A DNA stretch of 47,437 nt, from the IMG/VR virus record IMGVR_UViG_3300028454_000165; one strand, written 5' to 3'. Shown here piece by piece: positions 42,943-47,437 of the stretch. The DNA comes from a virus. Position 1 is the stretch's first letter, and each line of letters begins with the position of its first letter. Under the pieces are notes generated by a model. That model did no database searches. It was not told where the DNA came from and saw only the letters and a program-made list of their open reading frames with translations. Made by a program: the position numbers and the translations under genes.

Positions 42943-43130
42943 ATCAATAATAGATTACAGACCAAAATGCAGATTTCATTCATATACACCGCTGGACGTT
43001 GAAATACGTCTTATCCGCCGTCTATCGGTTAGGGGAGTGGTAATTATACCGATACAGGACACACGGTAAAGCGGTCGCACCTGCCGTGTGTAGGAGATAG
43101 AAGAAAAAAATATCTTATAGGAGTAATACG
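42943..43130 (+). ncRNA. Structured TR-RT spacer (probable 3' part of the DGR template RNA)
   Basis: Hairpins GACGT-N6-ACGTC, TATCGGT-N18-ACCGATA and ACACACGG-N16-CCGTGTGT. Confidence 0.45.
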
Positions 43131-44330
43131 ATGCGCAACCAAATGATGTGGGGCCTGTATAAAGCCCACCGTGGCGCAAAGCAGTACAAATATCTGTATC
43201 AGCGTATGCTGGACCGGGATGTTATCCGCCGGGCATACAAGAAGTTACGTAAAGGCAAGACCAAAAGAAGAGAGATCATAGCCATAGACGCTAACTTCGA
43301 CGCAGAAGTTGAAGCTATGCGGGAGATGATACTTAACACAAAGCCTCCGGGTGTGGAAGTAGAACACCCGGAGTTAGCTTATAAGCCACATAAGAGAAAA
43401 CCCAAGATTATATTTGAGCATAACAAGGCAAGAAAGATATATATGCCGGAGATACATGAGCAGTGGCTACATCATATAATCGTGCTGGTTTTAGAGCCTA
43501 TTATAGTCCGCACTTCCTATCAGTTTTCTTGCGGCAGCTTCCCGAACCGGGGAGCGCACAAAGCAAAACGACAGCTTGAACGCTGGATAAGGGCGGGTAA
43601 GGGTATAAGATACTTCGCCAAGATCGACATAAGGCACTTTTATGACAGCATCCGCCTTCGGGTCCTGATAAAAGAACTCTCTATCAGGATAAAGGACGAA
43701 TGGTTTTTATATATCATAGAGCTATGCCTTAAGGGATTTAAGAAGGGAATACCATTAGGATTCTATATAAGCCAGTGGTTAGCGAACTACCTGCTTGAAC
43801 CGCTCGATTATTTTATTACGGAAACACTGGGCTTTAAGAAAATGATCCGGTACATGGACGACATTGCGTTTATGGGAGACAACAAAAAGAAACTCCATGC
43901 GGCCATTATCGAGATAAAGAAGTTTATAGGCCGGCGATTCCGATTGAAACTTAAGAGAACGTTCATAGTTGCTAAATTTATATATCACACAAAAACCGGG
44001 CGGACGATTGGCAGGAAAATAAACTACATGGGTTTTCTCTTTGACAGGGATAATACCACGGTTCGTAAATGTATAATGCTTCAAGCTACACGGCTTGCGG
44101 CAAGGTTATCCAGGAAGAAACAGAAGAACAAGCGCATTTATCATAAGCACGTATGTGCAATGGTAAGCTACATGGGCTGGTTTAACTGGACAGATTCATA
44201 TAACTGTTATCTGAAATGGATAAAGCCGTATGTGAATGTAGGGAAGCTTAAACGGATTATATCTAAATTAGACAGGAGGAAAGCAGAATATGAAAGCATG
44301 GAAAGAGGAACACTGTGCGCAGCGGCCTAA
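43131..44330 (+). CDS. DGR-type reverse transcriptase
   Basis: AKIDIRHFYDSI, GIPLGFYISQWLANYLL (SQ..AN, DGR hallmark), RYMDDIAFMGD (YxDD), NYMGFLF. Confidence 0.85.
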   Translation: MRNQMMWGLYKAHRGAKQYKYLYQRMLDRDVIRRAYKKLRKGKTKRREIIAIDANFDAEVEAMREMILNTKPPGVEVEHPELAYKPHKRKPKIIFEHNKARKIYMPEIHEQWLHHIIVLVLEPIIVRTSYQFSCGSFPNRGAHKAKRQLERWIRAGKGIRYFAKIDIRHFYDSIRLRVLIKELSIRIKDEWFLYIIELCLKGFKKGIPLGFYISQWLANYLLEPLDYFITETLGFKKMIRYMDDIAFMGDNKKKLHAAIIEIKKFIGRRFRLKLKRTFIVAKFIYHTKTGRTIGRKINYMGFLFDRDNTTVRKCIMLQATRLAARLSRKKQKNKRIYHKHVCAMVSYMGWFNWTDSYNCYLKWIKPYVNVGKLKRIISKLDRRKAEYESMERGTLCAAA

Positions 44331-44559
44331 TGAATTACAGCTTATAGCCCCGGACACCTATATCCAGAGGCGCAACATTGCGGAAGTACAGCACGAGGCT
44401 AACGAAGAGGCCGGCATTGAAGCTTATACCGACTTCAAGTGCGAAAGCAGGACTATAAGCGTATCAGAGTATGAGATGATAAAAAGTATTAATGACTATG
44501 ATGCGCAGGCGGCTATTGACGAGTACACAGAGCAGTTAGCGGAGGAGGGAGTATTATAA
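44290..44559 (+). CDS. Acidic hypothetical protein (XkdW-like position)
   Basis: 89-aa ORF overlapping the RT 3' end by 41 nt. Confidence 0.4.
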   Translation: MKAWKEEHCAQRPNELQLIAPDTYIQRRNIAEVQHEANEEAGIEAYTDFKCESRTISVSEYEMIKSINDYDAQAAIDEYTEQLAEEGVL

Positions 44560-44738
44560 TGGCGGTAAGAACATTAGTGGCAAGCCTTAAAAGGCTTTAC
44601 GAAAAAGGCAAGAAAAATCCCGGCAGCACGGCTGTTACTATCGAAAAATTAAGATCAATGGTCGAAGAGGGTAAAATAACCCCGGCAGAATACGAATATA
44701 TTACGGGGGAGCCTTATGATGGAAAAAAGAAGAACTGA
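44559..44738 (+). CDS. XkdX-like small protein
   Basis: 59 aa. KITPAEYEYITGE resembles the XkdX family motif. ATG overlaps the upstream TAA. Confidence 0.45.
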   Translation: MAVRTLVASLKRLYEKGKKNPGSTAVTIEKLRSMVEEGKITPAEYEYITGEPYDGKKKN

Positions 44739-44916
44739 TTTAGCACAGGTTTTTGATAGCCAAAGCGAGATCATTAAGCTGCAATCAGAAATAATAGACG
44801 AGCTATTCTGCGTAGTATGTCAGTACATTACAGCGGAAGAGCTCGTCTCTTTATCTGCGATTGAAAAGATAGACCGGGCGGCTAGAATTAAAGCGCATAC
44901 GGAGAGGGAGGGATAA
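44716..44916 (+). CDS. Hypothetical protein
   Basis: 66-aa ORF in the lysis module. Confidence 0.4.
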   Translation: MMEKRRTDLAQVFDSQSEIIKLQSEIIDELFCVVCQYITAEELVSLSAIEKIDRAARIKAHTEREG

Positions 44917-44921
44917 AAAAC

Positions 44922-45326
44922 ATGGAAGCAGCAGCAATGACTATTACATTTGCAGATCTTAGCCGGCTTGCAGGAGTTATCGTAGCTCTCTGGGCGCTAT
45001 ATAAGGTCATCATCGAGATAATAAGAGCTATCAACAATCGCCACGATAAAGAGCAGAAATGGGACCAGACGGAAGAGAATCTTCGGAAAGAGCGCCAGGA
45101 CGATGTATGTCGGTATAATGAGCAGCTTCAGGCGATACACAAACGTCAGGACGATATTCGGACAGATTTCGAAGCAAAGATACAGGAAGTCAAAGCAGAA
45201 CAATATGTGATTATCGACTGCATTAGGGCTGTACTCGACGGGCTACATCAACAGGGATGTAATGGGGCGGTCACAGAAGCTATCAGAGACCTCGACAAAT
45301 ACCTAAACGAAAGAGCACATGAGTAG
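44922..45326 (+). CDS. Membrane-anchored coiled-coil lysis-module protein (XhlA-like role)
   Basis: N-terminal TM LAGVIVALWALYKVIIEII, then a charged helical region. Confidence 0.4.
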   Translation: MEAAAMTITFADLSRLAGVIVALWALYKVIIEIIRAINNRHDKEQKWDQTEENLRKERQDDVCRYNEQLQAIHKRQDDIRTDFEAKIQEVKAEQYVIIDCIRAVLDGLHQQGCNGAVTEAIRDLDKYLNERAHE

Positions 45327-45337
45327 GAGGAGAACAG

Positions 45338-45529
45338 ATGATTATTAAAGAAAGAATTGCCAAGTTGTTATCTGTTAAAAGTATCGTAACCATCGCATTG
45401 ACCGGAGTGTTTTGCTATCTGGCCATTACAGGAAAGATAGACGGAGCACAGTTTTTAGGAATATTTACGGTAGTAGTTGGTTTTTATTTTGGTACCCAGG
45501 CGACCAAGGAAACAAAAGAAAAGATATAA
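45338..45529 (+). CDS. Holin
   Basis: 63 aa. Two TM segments (IVTIALTGVFCYLAI, FLGIFTVVVGFYFG) and a charged C-terminus. Directly upstream of the endolysin. Confidence 0.65.
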   Translation: MIIKERIAKLLSVKSIVTIALTGVFCYLAITGKIDGAQFLGIFTVVVGFYFGTQATKETKEKI

Positions 45530-45534
45530 GATGA

Positions 45535-45563
45535 GGGAGGGAGATTGTTCCCTCCCCTATTTT
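45535..45563 (+). terminator. Terminator-like hairpin between holin and endolysin
   Basis: GGGAGGGA-gattgt-TCCCTCCC followed by CTATTTTA, immediately before the endolysin RBS. Confidence 0.4.
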
Positions 45564-45575
45564 AAGGAGAACACA

Positions 45576-47195
45576 ATGAAATTTGATTATAGCATACGGG
45601 CTAAATACTACGGTGGAGTATCACATAAAAGAGATGGAATTGCCGTTCACTATGCCGGAGACGAAGAGCGATGCGGTTCAGCAAAGGATACCGCTGAGAT
45701 GTTTGCAAATCCGGATAGACAGGCTTCAGCACATATCGTTGTTGATGAGGGAGATACAGCGTATGTATGCGTTCCGCTTGATCACATCGCATTTGCGGTA
45801 GGTGGTTTACTGTATAAAGACTCCAAAGGCGGCAGATATTATGGAGAATATGGAAATGTGAACACCATATCAGTCGAGATGGTAAGCCGAAAAGATGCCA
45901 ATGGAAGATGGTATATCCCGGAAAAGACTATTCAGAACGCAATAGAGGTAATAAAGATTTTGCAGGCCGAATACGGGATAGATGATGATAACGTATTCCG
46001 CCATTATGACGTTAATGGCAAGCCCTGTCCGTGGCCCTGGACCGACGAACCTCCGTACAACGGAGAATATTTGTGGCAGGAATTTAAAGCACGTTTAAGG
46101 GCAGCCGGATCCGAGACAGGAGGAGATAAGGCTATGAGATTTATTGATATATCACATTGGAACGGCAATATTGATTTCGAAGCGGTAAGGAACGAAGTAG
46201 ACGGTGTTATCATGAAGATATCCCAGGGAAATAATTACCGTGACGATAAGTTTGAAGAATATTATAAAAAAGCGACAGCCGCCGGATTAAAGGTAGGCTG
46301 TTATGTTTTTATGGCGGCAACTTCACAGGCGGAAGCAAAGGCGGAAGCAAACTTCGCTCTCGGCTGCTTAAAAAACAAGAAAATGCCATTAGGAATCTGG
46401 CTTGACGTAGAAACCGATAGCATTCACACAACTTCATTTGCCGAAAACTGTATAACAGAGCTGTCCATATGGAAGACGGCCGGATTTAACGTGGGCATCT
46501 ACGCAAATCTGAACTGGTACCGCAACTACCTCACCAATGATCTTAAATTATATCCACTGTGGATAGCCAGGTACGGAGTTAATAATGGACAACCGAATCC
46601 GGAAAGCAAGCCAGAGATTGAGGATATGTATATGTGGCAATATACATCAAAAGGCACAGTGAGAGGTGTATCGGGTAATGTAGATATTTCAGAAGTATAT
46701 CAAACCTTCAGCAATGACACACCGAACGATATACCTTCCGACAATCCGGCACCGGTTGAAAGCTTCGATCCACACATAAAGTACAAAGTATATGCAAAAG
46801 GCAAAGGCTGGCTTCCGGAAGTTCTCGACGAAACGGATTATGCAGGAATCAGAGGAATCGCAATAACAGCTTTTGCTGCAATGGTAACGGAAGGAAGCTT
46901 AAAATACCGTTGCCACACTATGGGAGGTAAATGGTACCCATATGTTACGGGATATAATACCGGTGATTATAACAACGGATATGCTGGGGACAAAAATACA
47001 GAAATCGACGCAATAGAAGTCTATTATTATACCCCTGCCGGCAAGCCAATTAAGAAAGCGAAATATCGAGTATCACCGGTAGGCGGAAACTATTATCCGC
47101 CACAGTACGATAATGAAAAGACGAATGGACAGGACGGATTCGCCGGAACCTTTGGACGATCCATAGATAGGATCCAGATCAGTATCTCAGATTAG
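45576..47195 (+). CDS. Bifunctional endolysin: N-acetylmuramoyl-L-alanine amidase (Amidase_2/PGRP) plus GH25 muramidase plus C-terminal binding region
   Basis: Start MKFDYS after AAGGAGA. AHIVVDEG and FRHYDVNGKPCPWPW are Amidase_2 motifs. FIDISHWNGNIDFEAV...MKISQG is a GH25 motif. Confidence 0.8.
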   Translation: MKFDYSIRAKYYGGVSHKRDGIAVHYAGDEERCGSAKDTAEMFANPDRQASAHIVVDEGDTAYVCVPLDHIAFAVGGLLYKDSKGGRYYGEYGNVNTISVEMVSRKDANGRWYIPEKTIQNAIEVIKILQAEYGIDDDNVFRHYDVNGKPCPWPWTDEPPYNGEYLWQEFKARLRAAGSETGGDKAMRFIDISHWNGNIDFEAVRNEVDGVIMKISQGNNYRDDKFEEYYKKATAAGLKVGCYVFMAATSQAEAKAEANFALGCLKNKKMPLGIWLDVETDSIHTTSFAENCITELSIWKTAGFNVGIYANLNWYRNYLTNDLKLYPLWIARYGVNNGQPNPESKPEIEDMYMWQYTSKGTVRGVSGNVDISEVYQTFSNDTPNDIPSDNPAPVESFDPHIKYKVYAKGKGWLPEVLDETDYAGIRGIAITAFAAMVTEGSLKYRCHTMGGKWYPYVTGYNTGDYNNGYAGDKNTEIDAIEVYYYTPAGKPIKKAKYRVSPVGGNYYPPQYDNEKTNGQDGFAGTFGRSIDRIQISISD

Positions 47196-47228
47196 AGGTT
47201 ATTTATTCGTTTTAACTTATGCTAAGAG

Positions 47229-47280
47229 GCCCCTGCGTACCTTCTATGTGTGAATGGTACGTCGGGGCTTTCTTTATTTT
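47229..47280 (+). terminator. Rho-independent terminator at the end of the late operon
   Basis: 13-bp stem (GCCCCTGCGTACC / GGTACGTCGGGGC, one mismatch), followed by TTTCTTTATTTT. Confidence 0.65.
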
Positions 47281-47296
47281 ATGGAGTGTGTTATCA

Positions 47297-47437
47297 TATA
47301 AAAGCACTGTAAAAAACTAACAGTCCTAATTGCGTCCTACTTCAAAGAATAAAAACCCTTAAAAATCAAGGGTTAGAGGGGATAAGACAGGGTTACTCTT
47401 AATCAGGGTGTCCAGGGTTCGAACCCCTGAAGGCGCA
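47297..47437. repeat. Right copy of the 141-bp exact terminal direct repeat
   Basis: Identical to 1-141. Confidence 0.95.

Larger units (their letters stand above)
1..47437. mobile_element. Complete temperate tailed phage genome (contractile tail), closed by a 141-bp terminal overlap; unique length 47,296 bp
   Basis: Integrase plus attP, cI/cro switch, replication genes, lambda-like head/packaging genes, sheath/tube/baseplate genes and a lysis cassette are all present. Bases 1-141 equal 47297-47437. Confidence 0.85.

Noticed and set aside
42830-43069. 79-aa ORF (MAIRFGNCNNDLICGTGALNLNN...)
   Set aside because: It is the DGR template repeat read in the VR frame plus spacer sequence. The Asn-rich AAY codons are the TR signature, and there is no RBS.
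44290-44559. 89-aa ORF after the RT as the missing DGR accessory protein Avd
   Set aside because: The protein is strongly acidic, whereas Avd is a basic four-helix bundle. Its position and the following XkdX-like gene fit the conserved tail-fibre-to-lysis linker genes instead.

Overview
The window is a complete temperate contractile-tailed phage genome, probably from a gut Firmicutes/Clostridia host judging by gene content. Bases 1-141 are identical to 47297-47437, so the sequence closes on itself with a unique length of 47,296 bp. Gene order: (1) attP region and tyrosine integrase (1-1502); (2) cI/cro-like switch with divergent promoters and palindromic operators (1514-2300); (3) early/replication and accessory genes, including an SNF2 helicase-DNA methyltransferase fusion, PcfK/PcfJ-like proteins, a HUH rolling-circle Rep, DUF1064 and a sigma-like regulator (2341-15931); (4) an opposite-strand island with an ArdC-like antirestriction gene, apparently frameshifted, preceded by a sequence that fits a type II hammerhead ribozyme (16296-18627); (5) about 650 bp of noncoding DNA with imperfect repeats and a (CCCACA)n-like G-quadruplex-prone tract (18745-19400); (6) lambda-like packaging and head genes (two TerS-like genes, GpA TerL, gpW, portal, ClpP/S49 protease-scaffold, gpD-like decoration, gpE-like capsid; 19910-27460); (7) a P2/Mu/PBSX-like tail and baseplate module with a -1 frameshift chaperone pair (27532-41453); (8) a diversity-generating retroelement (DGR) acting on the C-terminus of the distal tail-fibre gene, with a 117-bp VR/TR pair and a DGR-type reverse transcriptase but no recognisable avd (41454-44330); (9) a lysis cassette with holin and a bifunctional amidase/GH25 endolysin (44290-47195). 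The strongest hunt results are the avd-less DGR and the hammerhead candidate. All functional calls come from motif recognition and synteny by eye; no database search was possible.
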